From NCBI GenBank assembly GCA_033551855.1, contig JAWSUI010000004.1:2673-66672 (forward strand): a stretch of 64,000 nucleotides of DNA, written 5' to 3'. Below, piece after piece: positions 21,679 through 31,623 of the stretch. Position numbers and translations under genes: made by a program. Position 1 is the first letter of the stretch. Each line of letters opens with the position of its first letter. This stretch comes from Deferrisomatales bacterium. Lineage in GTDB: Bacteria; Desulfobacterota; Deferrisomatia; Deferrisomatales; JACRMM01. The notes beneath the pieces were generated by a model. The model had not been told where the DNA came from. It worked only from the letters and a program-made list of their open reading frames with translations, and did no database searches.

Positions 21679-21717
21679 TGTTACGGGCAGGTTACCGCCC
21701 GATTGCGGGCGTGTGAA
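21679..21717 (-). promoter_or_regulatory. Pho box array (4 half-sites) for pstCAB-phoU-phoBR
   Basis: Minus-strand TTCACA, GCAATC, GTAACC, GTAACA at exact 11-bp spacing (21712, 21701, 21690, 21679). Confidence 0.75.
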
Positions 21718-21758
21718 ATCCCCTGCCGGCGGGCCTGCCCGGAGCCCTGAGGCGAGCC

Positions 21759-21797
21759 TTCACACAGCCGTCAACATTTCGTCATCGTCCCGTAACA
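21759..21797 (+). promoter_or_regulatory. Pho box array (4 half-sites) for pstS
   Basis: TTCACA (21759), GTCAAC (21770), GTCATC (21781), GTAACA (21792), 11-bp period. Confidence 0.8.
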
Positions 21798-21890
21798 CCG
21801 CGGGCCTATCCTGGCCACAGCTGTCGAAAACGGCTGCCGCAACGCAGTGAACTCCAGGAATGGCCCTGGAATCGAGAGAGGAGAACCGCC

Positions 21891-22796
21891 TTGAAGAAGA
21901 GAGTGCTGCTCGTCACCCTTTGTGCCGTGCTGGCCGGGGCCTTCCTTGCCCCGCCGGGCGAGGCCCAGCGCAGGCAGATGCTCCAGGTGAAGGGGTCCGA
22001 CACCCTGGTGAACCTGGTCCAGTCCTGGTCCGAGGCCTTCCTGGAGGAAACGGGGGTCTTTGCCGCCGTGACCGGGGGGGGCTCGGGCACGGGCATCGCG
22101 GCCCTCATCGACGGGAAGACGGATCTCGCCAACTCCTCCCGGGAGATCCGCCCCAAGGAGATCGAGCTCGCCGGCGCCCGAGGCGTCGAGCCGGTGGAGT
22201 TCGCCGTGGCGGTGGACGGCCTGTGCGTCATCCTGAACGCTGCCAACCCCGTCCAGGCCCTCACCGTGGCCGACATCGGCCGGCTCTTCCGGGGCGAGGT
22301 GGCCAACTGGAAGGCCCTGGGGGGAAGCGACGCCCCGGTCACCCTGTACGGCCGCCAGTCCAACTCGGGCACCTACGTCTTCTTCCAGGAGCACGTGCTC
22401 GGCAACCAGGATTACGCCACCCGCATGAACCACATGAACGGGAGCGCCCAGATCGTGGAGGCCGTGCGCAAGGACCCCTCGGCGGCCGGGTACGTGGGCA
22501 TCGGGTATATCCTGGGCGAGGACGGCAAGGTCCTCCCCGGCATCCGGGCCCTGGGCGTGCTGCCGGCCGCCGGCGGCCCGGCGATCAGCCCGCTCGACCG
22601 GGCGGCGGTCAACGACGGCACCTACCCCCTCTCGCGCCCGCTCCTCCAGTACACCAACGGCAAGCCCACGGGCGACGTGGCCCGCTTCCTCCGGTTCGCC
22701 CTCTCCCCGGCGGGCCAGAAGATCGCCGAAGAGCAGGGCTTCTACCCCGTGGGCGGCGCCCTGGCCGAGAAGAACCGCGGGAACCTGGGCGAGTAG
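21891..22796 (+). CDS. pstS: phosphate ABC transporter substrate-binding protein
   Basis: Signal peptide, KGSDT, GGGSGTGIAALI, GRQSNSGTY, YPLSRPL. Confidence 0.93.
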   Translation: MKKRVLLVTLCAVLAGAFLAPPGEAQRRQMLQVKGSDTLVNLVQSWSEAFLEETGVFAAVTGGGSGTGIAALIDGKTDLANSSREIRPKEIELAGARGVEPVEFAVAVDGLCVILNAANPVQALTVADIGRLFRGEVANWKALGGSDAPVTLYGRQSNSGTYVFFQEHVLGNQDYATRMNHMNGSAQIVEAVRKDPSAAGYVGIGYILGEDGKVLPGIRALGVLPAAGGPAISPLDRAAVNDGTYPLSRPLLQYTNGKPTGDVARFLRFALSPAGQKIAEEQGFYPVGGALAEKNRGNLGE

Positions 22797-22835
22797 GAGC
22801 GGCCGAACCCGCCCCGCCCCCTGCCGGTCTCCTCC

Positions 22836-22861
22836 AAAGGCCCCCTCGCGGGGGCCTTTTC
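22836..22861 (+). terminator. intrinsic terminator after pstS
   Basis: aaaggcccc-ctcgc-ggggcctttt hairpin plus T tract. Confidence 0.75.
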
Positions 22862-22862
22862 G

Positions 22863-23071
22863 TCGTCATCCGGGAAACGGCCGGCTGGGTCCGCCCACCC
22901 CGGCGGCCGATGCCGGACGACCCGAGGCTTGCGAGCCCTCGGGTCGTCCAGAACGCCCGAAGGGGCCACAGGCCCCGACGGGGATACGTTCATCGAGCGG
23001 CCGTCCGCCTGCGCCGTCGGACCCACCCGGCGGTCCTCGAGTACGGCAACCCGTCATTCCCCGGAAGAGCC
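22863..23071. mobile_element. MITE-like element (family B, 209 bp), copy 1
   Basis: Imperfect TIRs (tcatccgggaaacggcc / gtcattccccggaagagcc); colinear with 44347-44555, sharing e.g. TCGAGCGGCCGTCCGCCT. Confidence 0.65.
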
Positions 23072-23281
23072 TTTCTTCGTGGGTTTCGCCCGCGGGCCCA
23101 GGGGCGGCCGAACCTCCCTCGACGTGGCCGATGCGCATCTATCCGTTGTGACGATACATTCACATATTGGCCGCAACGGGGAATTCGGGCGCCGCCCTCC
23201 TGGGAGATCCTCTCTCGGAAAAACCTTCTGTGATGTGCCGCCATTAGACAATTAGAATGTTTCGATGCATCTCGGAACCTC

Positions 23282-23307
23282 CTCCCCTTGACCTGTGTCA
23301 AGGGGAG
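23282..23307. promoter_or_regulatory. perfect palindrome containing a CRP/FNR-family-like box (TTGAC-N4-GTCAA)
   Basis: CTCCCCTTGAC-CTGT-GTCAAGGGGAG, about 50 bp upstream of the TetR start. Confidence 0.55.
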
Positions 23308-23356
23308 AACTAGCCTGCCGGCGTTAAGGTGACGATGCATTTACAAGGGAGGCCCC

Positions 23357-24010
23357 ATGGGCGAGGAACGGCTCGGTACCGAGGTTCGTAGAGAGCAGAT
23401 CGCGGAGGCGGCCCTGGCCCTGATCTCCGAGCGGGGGCTCGGAGGGCTCAGTGTGGCGGCCGTGGCGCGCCGGGTGGGGCTCGTCCCCTCGGCCATCTAC
23501 CGGCACTTCGAGGGGAAGGAGGGCGTCGTCGACGCGGTCGTCGGGCTTATTCGCGACCGGCTCCTGCGAAACGTCCGGGAAGCGTGCACCGAGGCGGACG
23601 ACGCCCTCGACTGCTTGCGCCGCATCCTCACCCGCCACGTGCAGCTCATCCGCAACAACGTGGGCGTCCCCCGGGTCGTCTTCTCGGAAGAGCTCTACGC
23701 GAGCCGCCCGGGGCGCAAGGGCGAGGTCCACGCCGTGGTGGCCGGCTATCTGGCGAGCGTGGCGGAGGTCATCCGCCGGGGACAGGCCGCGGGGTGCATC
23801 CGCCCCGGGCTGGAGCCCGGCACCCTGGCGGTGATGTTCCTGGGGCTCGTCCAGCCGTCGGCGATCCTCTGGCACCTGAGCGACGGCCAGTTCGACGTGA
23901 CCAAGCACACCCAACGGGCCTGGGAGGTCTTTCGCGGCGCCATCGAAGCGCCCGGCCGCCCCCAGCCCAGCCAGCGCCGCGAGAGCGGCAGCGAAGGAGA
24001 GATGTCATGA
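23357..24010 (+). CDS. TetR/AcrR family transcriptional regulator
   Basis: N-terminal HTH 'VAAVARRVGLVPSAIYRHF'; GGAGG RBS. Confidence 0.92.
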   Translation: MGEERLGTEVRREQIAEAALALISERGLGGLSVAAVARRVGLVPSAIYRHFEGKEGVVDAVVGLIRDRLLRNVREACTEADDALDCLRRILTRHVQLIRNNVGVPRVVFSEELYASRPGRKGEVHAVVAGYLASVAEVIRRGQAAGCIRPGLEPGTLAVMFLGLVQPSAILWHLSDGQFDVTKHTQRAWEVFRGAIEAPGRPQPSQRRESGSEGEMS

Positions 24011-24603
24011 GAAACCGGACGAAGTCGAACCTGTTCCCCCTCGCCTGCGCGGCCGCCCTCGGCCTCGCCCTCCTCCTGCCCGTCGCGGCGGACGCCCACT
24101 GCGATACCCTGGACGGGCCGGTGGTAGGAACGGCGCGCACGGCCCTGGAGAAGGGCGACGTGACGCCCGTGCTCAAGTGGGTGCGCCCCGAGGAGGAGGG
24201 GGAGATCAAGGCAGCGTTCCAGCGGACCCTGGCGGTCCGGGGCAAGGGGGCTGCGGAGAAGGAGCTTGCCGACCTCTACTTCTTCGAGACCCTGGTCCGC
24301 GTCCACCGGGCCGGGGAGGGGGCGCCCTACACCGGCCTCAAGCCCGGCGCGGCCATCGACCCGGCGGTCGCCTTGGCGGACAAGGCTTTGGAGAGCGGCT
24401 CCGTGGATAAGCTCGCCGACGTGCTCGCCAACGCCATGACCAAGGGGATCCGGGAGCGGTTCGCCGACGCCCTGGAGAAGCAGAAGCACGCGGAGACCAG
24501 CGTGGATGCGGGGCGGGAGTTCGTGGAGTCCTACGTGGTATTTACCCACTACGTGGAAGGACTTCACGGCTTGATCAAAGCCGGCGCTGCCCACGGACAC
24601 TGA
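24007..24603 (+). CDS. exported DUF6448-like protein
   Basis: Signal peptide then 'AHCDTLDGPVV', 'FFETLVRVHRAGEGAPYTGLKP'; ATGA overlap with the TetR stop. Confidence 0.75.
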   Translation: MRNRTKSNLFPLACAAALGLALLLPVAADAHCDTLDGPVVGTARTALEKGDVTPVLKWVRPEEEGEIKAAFQRTLAVRGKGAAEKELADLYFFETLVRVHRAGEGAPYTGLKPGAAIDPAVALADKALESGSVDKLADVLANAMTKGIRERFADALEKQKHAETSVDAGREFVESYVVFTHYVEGLHGLIKAGAAHGH

Positions 24604-24913
24604 GCCCGGCCTGACGCCCCCCCCCTTCCCGGCCTGTGACGGCCGTGGGAGGGGGGCGGCGGCCCTGGCCAAGGCGTGGCTGCCGGGTATCCTTGGGGAC
24701 TGGAAGTCCCGAACAATGCGTCAATTGCCTGGCGGCTCCCGAGTGGGCACGAGGCACATGGGCATGCCGTGCACATCGAAATCGGAATCGATCTCGACTC
24801 CGCTCCCCATTTCGATTTCGTTCGGGTAAGGGGAAAGCAGGTGTCCCGCCTCGTCTTTGGGGGGCGCACCCGTGAGCACTACGAGACCCCCGAGAGCCAA
24901 GGAGGTACGCAGC

Positions 24914-26035
24914 ATGTCGATCCACCGAGAGCGAATTCGCCGCGCCACGGAGCTCATGGAGGAGCAGGGGATGGACGCCCTCATCCTCGTCAAGCCCGCC
25001 AACATGTATTACCTGGTGGGCGACGGGCGCCTGTGTGCCTACGCCATGATCACCCGGGCGGGGGAGGTGGGCATGGGGGTGCCCGAGACGGATCTCGCGG
25101 ATGTCGGCGCCCTCGCCACCTTCGACCACGTCGCCGGGTTCGAGGACGAGGTGGGGATGATCCACTCCATCGCCCACTACTTCGAGCAGTTCGGCATCCG
25201 GGAGGGGAAGGTCGGGGTGGAGGTCGCGTTTCTCCCCAAGCCCCGGATGGGCATGCTCACCCACCCCCACGCCAAACCGGAGGCCGTAGTCCCCGTCGAC
25301 TGCACTGGCTTGATGTCGGCGCTTCGCCTGGTGAAGGACGAAGCAGAAATCGAACGGCTCCAGGCCGCCGCCCGGGTCGCGGACGCAGGGATGAAGCGGG
25401 CGATCGAGCGGCTGCGCCCCGGCATGACCGAGAGCCAGGTGGCGGGGGAGGCCGAGTACGCCATGCGCCAGGAGGGAGCCGAGGACTTCTACCGCACCTA
25501 CGTTGCCTCCGGCCCCCGGACCAGCGTGGCCCACGGCACCCCCACTTCGCGCAAGCTGCAACCGGGCGACCTGGTGATGATCGACGTCCACCCCGTGGTC
25601 GACGGGTACGCGGCGGACCTCGGCCGCACCGTCTGCCTCGGGAAGCCCACCCGTGAGCAGGAGGCGGCCCACCGGCTTTACGTCGATGCACTGGAACGAA
25701 CCATCGCCAAGGCCGGCGCCGGGGTGACCATGACGGAGCTCGAGCAGACCATGCACGGGGCCTTCGAGGCCGCAGGGCACAAGGAACACCTCTTCGGCCC
25801 GCCGATCCACGGGGTGGGCATCGAGTTCGAGGAATCGCCGTTGCCCGCGGGCCACGCGTTCTTCCACGGCGAGCCCGCACCGCTGCCCCTCGCCGCCGGA
25901 GTCGTCATCGCCATCGGCAACTGCGGGCTCTACACGGGCCCTTGGGGGGTGCGGGAAGAGGACACGGTGGTCGTGGGCGAGGGCGGCCCGAGGCTCCTGA
26001 CCCGGTTTCCGCGATCGCTTGAGGCCGGAGCCTGA
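24914..26035 (+). CDS. Xaa-Pro peptidase (M24) family protein
   Basis: RLVKDEAEI, DGYAADLGRT, HGVG, GVREEDT; GGAGG RBS. Confidence 0.88.
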   Translation: MSIHRERIRRATELMEEQGMDALILVKPANMYYLVGDGRLCAYAMITRAGEVGMGVPETDLADVGALATFDHVAGFEDEVGMIHSIAHYFEQFGIREGKVGVEVAFLPKPRMGMLTHPHAKPEAVVPVDCTGLMSALRLVKDEAEIERLQAAARVADAGMKRAIERLRPGMTESQVAGEAEYAMRQEGAEDFYRTYVASGPRTSVAHGTPTSRKLQPGDLVMIDVHPVVDGYAADLGRTVCLGKPTREQEAAHRLYVDALERTIAKAGAGVTMTELEQTMHGAFEAAGHKEHLFGPPIHGVGIEFEESPLPAGHAFFHGEPAPLPLAAGVVIAIGNCGLYTGPWGVREEDTVVVGEGGPRLLTRFPRSLEAGA

Positions 26036-26129
26036 TCCGGAGTTGCCTCGGGCGGGGGGGGCTGACCGCGAGACCCGCACCGCCGCCCTGCGCCGCAGGC
26101 CCCGGGAGGGGCCTGCGGGCGCTCCCGGG

Positions 26130-26705
26130 TCAGTAGTTCTCCCCCAGCAGCTCGAAGTGTGCCTTGGGGTGCACGCAGGCGGGGCAGGCGTCCGGCGCCC
26201 CGGTGGCCTGGTGCAGGTAGCCGCAGTTTCGGCACCGCCAGGTCACGGCCTCGTCCCTCCGAAAGACCCGGCCGCCCGCGATGTTGGCCGCCAGCGCGCG
26301 GTAGCGCTTCTCGTGCTGGCGCTCGGCCACGCAGACCGCGTCGAACGTCCTGGCCACGTCGTCGAACCCCTCCTCCCGAGCCACTCTCGCGAACCCCGGG
26401 TAGAGGTCGACGTGCTCGTGGCGCTCGCCGTCCGCCGCCGCGAGCAGGTTCTCCGAGGTGGTGCCGATCGTCCCGGCCGGGAAGGCCGCCGTCACCTCCA
26501 CCTCCCCGCCTTCCAGGAACTTGAAGAAGCGCTTGGCGTGCTCCTTCTCCTGGTCCGCGGTCTCCTCGAAGATCGCGGCGATCTGCACGAACCCGTCCTT
26601 CTTGGCCTGCCCGGCGAAGTAGGTGTACCGGTTGCGGGCCTGGGACTCCCCCGCAAACGCCTTGAGCAGATTCTTCTCCGTCTCGGTGCCCTTCCGACTC
26701 TTCAT
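26130..26705 (-). CDS. rbr: rubrerythrin
   Basis: AFAGESQARNRY, EKEHAK, ERQHE, C-terminal CRNCGY...CPAC rubredoxin-like domain. Confidence 0.94.
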   Translation of the reverse strand: MKSRKGTETEKNLLKAFAGESQARNRYTYFAGQAKKDGFVQIAAIFEETADQEKEHAKRFFKFLEGGEVEVTAAFPAGTIGTTSENLLAAADGERHEHVDLYPGFARVAREEGFDDVARTFDAVCVAERQHEKRYRALAANIAGGRVFRRDEAVTWRCRNCGYLHQATGAPDACPACVHPKAHFELLGENY

Positions 26706-26849
26706 CGTGAATCCTCCCTCGAAGCGGTTCCAGCTGAGCTCCCACGGTAACACGAAACCACCCGACCTCGGAATCCCTCCTAGCCAAAGGCGCCCGTCCA
26801 CAGGTGGTTCCCGCCGCAGAGGGTTCCCGAGGCTCACGGCGAGTCCTGG

Positions 26850-27001
26850 CAGGGTACTGAAAAACCCCCTCCACGGGGTCTTTCAGGTGAGGGCTCTCGG
26901 GGACGGCCCCGTCGAACCCTCTCGAATCACTGGGCTTTTCAAGCTCCGAGATTCGGCGCCCCCTACGTGGGGCGCACCGCAGGCCGTTTTTCCACGTCCT
27001 G
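26850..27001. mobile_element. MITE-like element (family A, 152 bp), complete copy
   Basis: TIRs CAGGGTACTGAAAAAC / CAGGACGTGGAAAAAC (rc), flanked by CTGG direct repeats; about 105 bp closely matches the reverse complement of 36511-36623. Confidence 0.8.
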
Positions 27002-27220
27002 CTGGGGCGGGGAATCCAGGGTTCCAGGCCACAGCTTGACTCTTCGACCCGGTTCCGGGTACTTCTCGTCTGCTGGAGCCTCCCAGCCTCCGGAGCCGGG
27101 GTTCGGCGCCGAGGCGCCGGAAGGACCCTCGCACGTCGTCCGGCGACGGCAACCGCGGTCGCCACTCCCAGACACCCGAAGCCGGCCCGCCCCAGGCGGG
27201 TTTCCGAAGGAGGAAGCCCT

Positions 27221-28627
<1,407 letters not shown>

Positions 28628-28651
28628 AGAGCGGGGTGCTTCGAGGAAGCC

Positions 28652-29320
28652 GTGGCCCTCACGCCGCCTGCTCACCGCTCCCTGGACCACCCGTACAGCG
28701 CCGCGGAGGAGGTCCTTCACGTGGCCACCCACGGCCTGGGGGCCCTCCTGAGCCTGGCCGGCCTCGCCGTTCTCCTCCCTGCCGCCGCGCGAACCGGGGA
28801 CCCATGGAAGGTGGCCGGCACGGCGGTGTACGGTGTGACCCTGTTCCTTCTCTACCTGGGATCCACCCTCTACCACAGCGCCCGCTCCTCGTCCTGGCGG
28901 AGGACGGCCAGGACCCTGGACCACTCGTCGATCTACCTGCTGATTGCCGGCACGTACACCCCCTTCACCCTCGTGACGCTCCGCGGGGCGTGGGGATGGA
29001 CCCTCTTCGGCATTGTCTGGGGGCTGGCCGCGTTGGGGGTCGCTCGAGAGACGTTGCAGGCGACCCGGCGCAAGTGGCTGTCCGTCACCCTGTACCTGGC
29101 CATGGGGTGGGTGGTCGTGGTGGCCGCCGGCCCCCTGGTGGAGCGCCTGCCTGCGGGGGGGGTGCGGCTGCTCGTGGCCGGGGGGCTCGCGTACACCGTG
29201 GGGGCGGTCTTCTACGGGCTCAAGCGGATCCCCTACATGCACGCGGTCTGGCACCTCTTCGTGCTGGCGGGGAGCGTGGCCCACTTCTTCGCCGTGGCAT
29301 TCTACGTCGTGGGGGTGTGA
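28652..29320 (+). CDS. hemolysin III (PAQR/TrhA) family membrane protein
   Basis: STLYH, LDHSSIYLLIAGTYTPF, HAVWHLFV. Confidence 0.92.
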   Translation: MALTPPAHRSLDHPYSAAEEVLHVATHGLGALLSLAGLAVLLPAAARTGDPWKVAGTAVYGVTLFLLYLGSTLYHSARSSSWRRTARTLDHSSIYLLIAGTYTPFTLVTLRGAWGWTLFGIVWGLAALGVARETLQATRRKWLSVTLYLAMGWVVVVAAGPLVERLPAGGVRLLVAGGLAYTVGAVFYGLKRIPYMHAVWHLFVLAGSVAHFFAVAFYVVGV

Positions 29321-29410
29321 CCGCCGCGCCCCGGCTTCTCCCCGCGGCGTGGTATGCTGCCGCCCGTTGCACAGGTTCGGGCGTTGTGTTGCGAGGTATC
29401 GGGTCCGCGC

Positions 29411-29824
29411 ATGGCATCGCCGCCGCCGCCCCTCCCGGGCTGGGACGAGTCTTGTACGGTCGGGGTCCCGGAGCTGGACGACCAGCACCGAAGGCTCTTC
29501 CGCGCCCTGGAGGGGTTGCGGGCGTCCCTGCAGGGACGCGGGTCGGCCCTCGAGGGGCTGGAGGGGCTCCTTCGGGACTGCGCGGAGCACTTCGCCGACG
29601 AGGAGCAGCTCCTGGCGCGGGTGGGCTACCCCCGCGCGGTCCAGCAGCGGGTGCAGCACCGGGTGTTCCTGGGGAGGGTCCGCCGCCTGGCGGAAGGGGT
29701 GCGCGGGGGCACGGAGGCCGTGGGTGAGGGAACCGTCGGGGGGCTGGCGGCCTGGTTCCGCGGGCACGTCTGCGGCCTCGACCGCGAGTACGGGGAGTGG
29801 CTGCGGGGCCGGGGTAGGGAGTAG
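29411..29824 (+). CDS. bacteriohemerythrin-like protein
   Basis: VGVPELDDQH, HFADEE, WFRGHVCGLD motifs. Confidence 0.8.
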   Translation: MASPPPPLPGWDESCTVGVPELDDQHRRLFRALEGLRASLQGRGSALEGLEGLLRDCAEHFADEEQLLARVGYPRAVQQRVQHRVFLGRVRRLAEGVRGGTEAVGEGTVGGLAAWFRGHVCGLDREYGEWLRGRGRE

Positions 29825-29827
29825 GAG

Positions 29828-30214
29828 ATGGCGATTCGCGTGGTCCGCCTGGGAGGCCCCCGCCTGCCGGGGGAGGGGCTGCGGCTCGGGACGGTGCGGC
29901 GCCCCCCCCGGGGCGTGCCCAAGGCCGAGTTTGCCTCGCGGGACTTCTACGACCTCTGGCTCCCGGAGCTCGCCCCGAGCGAGGGGCTCGTGAAGGCCGC
30001 CCGGGGGGTGGAGGACGAGGCCTCGTGGCAGGCCTTCGTCCGCAGGTACCGCGCCGAGATGTCCGCCCCGGAGCGGAGCCGGCTGCTCGACCTCCTCGCC
30101 GCCCTGTCCCGCCGGACGGACTTCTCGGTCGGCTGCTACTGCGCCGACGAGGCGCGCTGCCACCGCTCGGTGCTCCGGGTGCTCTTCGCGGAGCGGGGCG
30201 CGGCTCTCGTCTGA
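29828..30214 (+). CDS. DUF488 family protein
   Basis: RRPPRGVPK, WLPELAPS, CHRSVL. Confidence 0.8.
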   Translation: MAIRVVRLGGPRLPGEGLRLGTVRRPPRGVPKAEFASRDFYDLWLPELAPSEGLVKAARGVEDEASWQAFVRRYRAEMSAPERSRLLDLLAALSRRTDFSVGCYCADEARCHRSVLRVLFAERGAALV

Positions 30215-30444
30215 CGTCTCGGCCGGGCGGGGCTCTCTGTGCGAGGCGCGCCGCGGGCGGCTTCGAGGCGGCTCGCGGCTGCTGCCGCACCCGAATCGGA
30301 TGCCGCCGTGCGCCTCCGGGACGACGTCGCCGTGCGCGGGCTGCCGCACCTGCGCTCTTGGAGTCGCGGTCGGGTGTTCCGGGGGCTTCCGGCCGCCCAT
30401 GTGCCCGGCTGGAGGGAGTTTGCCACGGGAAGCCGTGCCCCATC

Positions 30445-31047
30445 ATGAACGACCGCTCCTCTCCTCCCCCCCTGACCCCGGAGCTCCTGGTGGCCGCCTA
30501 CTGCCGGGGTTGGTTCCCCATGGCCGACGACAGGGGGCGGATCCTGTGGTACGACCCGGACCCCCGAGGGGTCTTTCCCCTGGAGGCCTTCCACGTCCCG
30601 AAGCGACTCGTCCGGACGGTGCGCCAGGGCCGCTTCGAGGTGCGGGTGGACACAGCCTTTTGCCGGGTCATGGAGGGGTGCGCGGCGCCGGCGCCCGGCC
30701 GGGAGGGCACCTGGATCTCACCCGAGCTCGTGGACGTCTACACGGCGCTGCACGCGGCCGGGCTGGCACACAGCGTGGAGACCTGGGCGGACGGGGACTT
30801 GGTGGGAGGGGTGTACGGCGTGGCGATCCGGGGGTTCTTTGCCGGGGAGAGCATGTTCAGCCGGCGTACCGACGCGAGCAAGGTGGCCCTGGTGCACCTG
30901 GTGGGACGCTTGCGCCGCGGCGGTTTCGTGCTCTTCGACACCCAGTTCGTGACACCCCACCTGGCCCGCCTCGGGGCCGTGGAGATCCCCCGCCCCCGCT
31001 ACCGGCGTCTCCTGGCGGAAGCCCTGCAGGTCGACGCGGCCTTCTGA
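30445..31047 (+). CDS. aat: leucyl/phenylalanyl-tRNA--protein transferase
   Basis: AYCRGWFPM, TWI, AHSVETW, GESMFS, DASKVAL, DTQF. Confidence 0.93.
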   Translation: MNDRSSPPPLTPELLVAAYCRGWFPMADDRGRILWYDPDPRGVFPLEAFHVPKRLVRTVRQGRFEVRVDTAFCRVMEGCAAPAPGREGTWISPELVDVYTALHAAGLAHSVETWADGDLVGGVYGVAIRGFFAGESMFSRRTDASKVALVHLVGRLRRGGFVLFDTQFVTPHLARLGAVEIPRPRYRRLLAEALQVDAAF

Positions 31048-31193
31048 CCGCTCGCCGCTCCCGGAGGTGGGTGGCCGACTCCTCGGAGGAAGGGCGTGCC
31101 CACCGGCAGGGCGGCGGGTGTTCGGGTTGCCATGGCGGGGCGGCGAGGTACGCTGGGGGGCGTGGCCTTGCCTTGTCGCGCGGGAGGAGAGAG

Positions 31194-31601
31194 ATGAACT
31201 GGAAGGCGTACTTCGAAAGGAGCCAGGGTGCGGGCTTCTTGGCTACGGCCGGCCGTGGCGGGGAGGTGAACCTCGCGGTCTACTCCCGGCCGCGGGTGCT
31301 GACCGACGGCACCCTTGCCTTCGGCATGGCGGACCGCCTGACCTACGCCAACCTCCAGGAGAATCCCCTCGCCGTTTACGCCTTCCAGCAGAAGGGGTTT
31401 CGGGGGGTGCGCCTGTACCTGGAGAAGGTGAGGGAGGACGACCATGGCCCGGTCCTCGAGGAGATCCGCGCCCGCGCGGACGACATCGTGGGCCCCGGGA
31501 CCGGCGACTCCGTCACGCACCTCGTCTGTTTCCGAGTGGTGAAGGCCCTGAACCTGGTGGGGGACGGGACCCCGGCGGAGGAGCCTCCGGCGGCGGTGTG
31601 A
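31194..31601 (+). CDS. pyridoxamine 5'-phosphate oxidase-like (split-barrel FMN-binding) protein
   Basis: LATA...VNLAVYSRP, 'TYANLQENP'; GGAGGAG RBS. Confidence 0.75.
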   Translation: MNWKAYFERSQGAGFLATAGRGGEVNLAVYSRPRVLTDGTLAFGMADRLTYANLQENPLAVYAFQQKGFRGVRLYLEKVREDDHGPVLEEIRARADDIVGPGTGDSVTHLVCFRVVKALNLVGDGTPAEEPPAAV

Positions 31602-31623
31602 CGCCCTCGGGCAGGTGCGCCGA

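Noticed and set aside
24775-24820. ATCGAAATCGGAATCG...TTCGATTTCG hexamer repeats
   Set aside because: Short, degenerate, single occurrence here; cannot support a function
30239-30448. 69-aa ORF between DUF488 and aat
   Set aside because: No RBS, atypical codon usage, no recognisable motif
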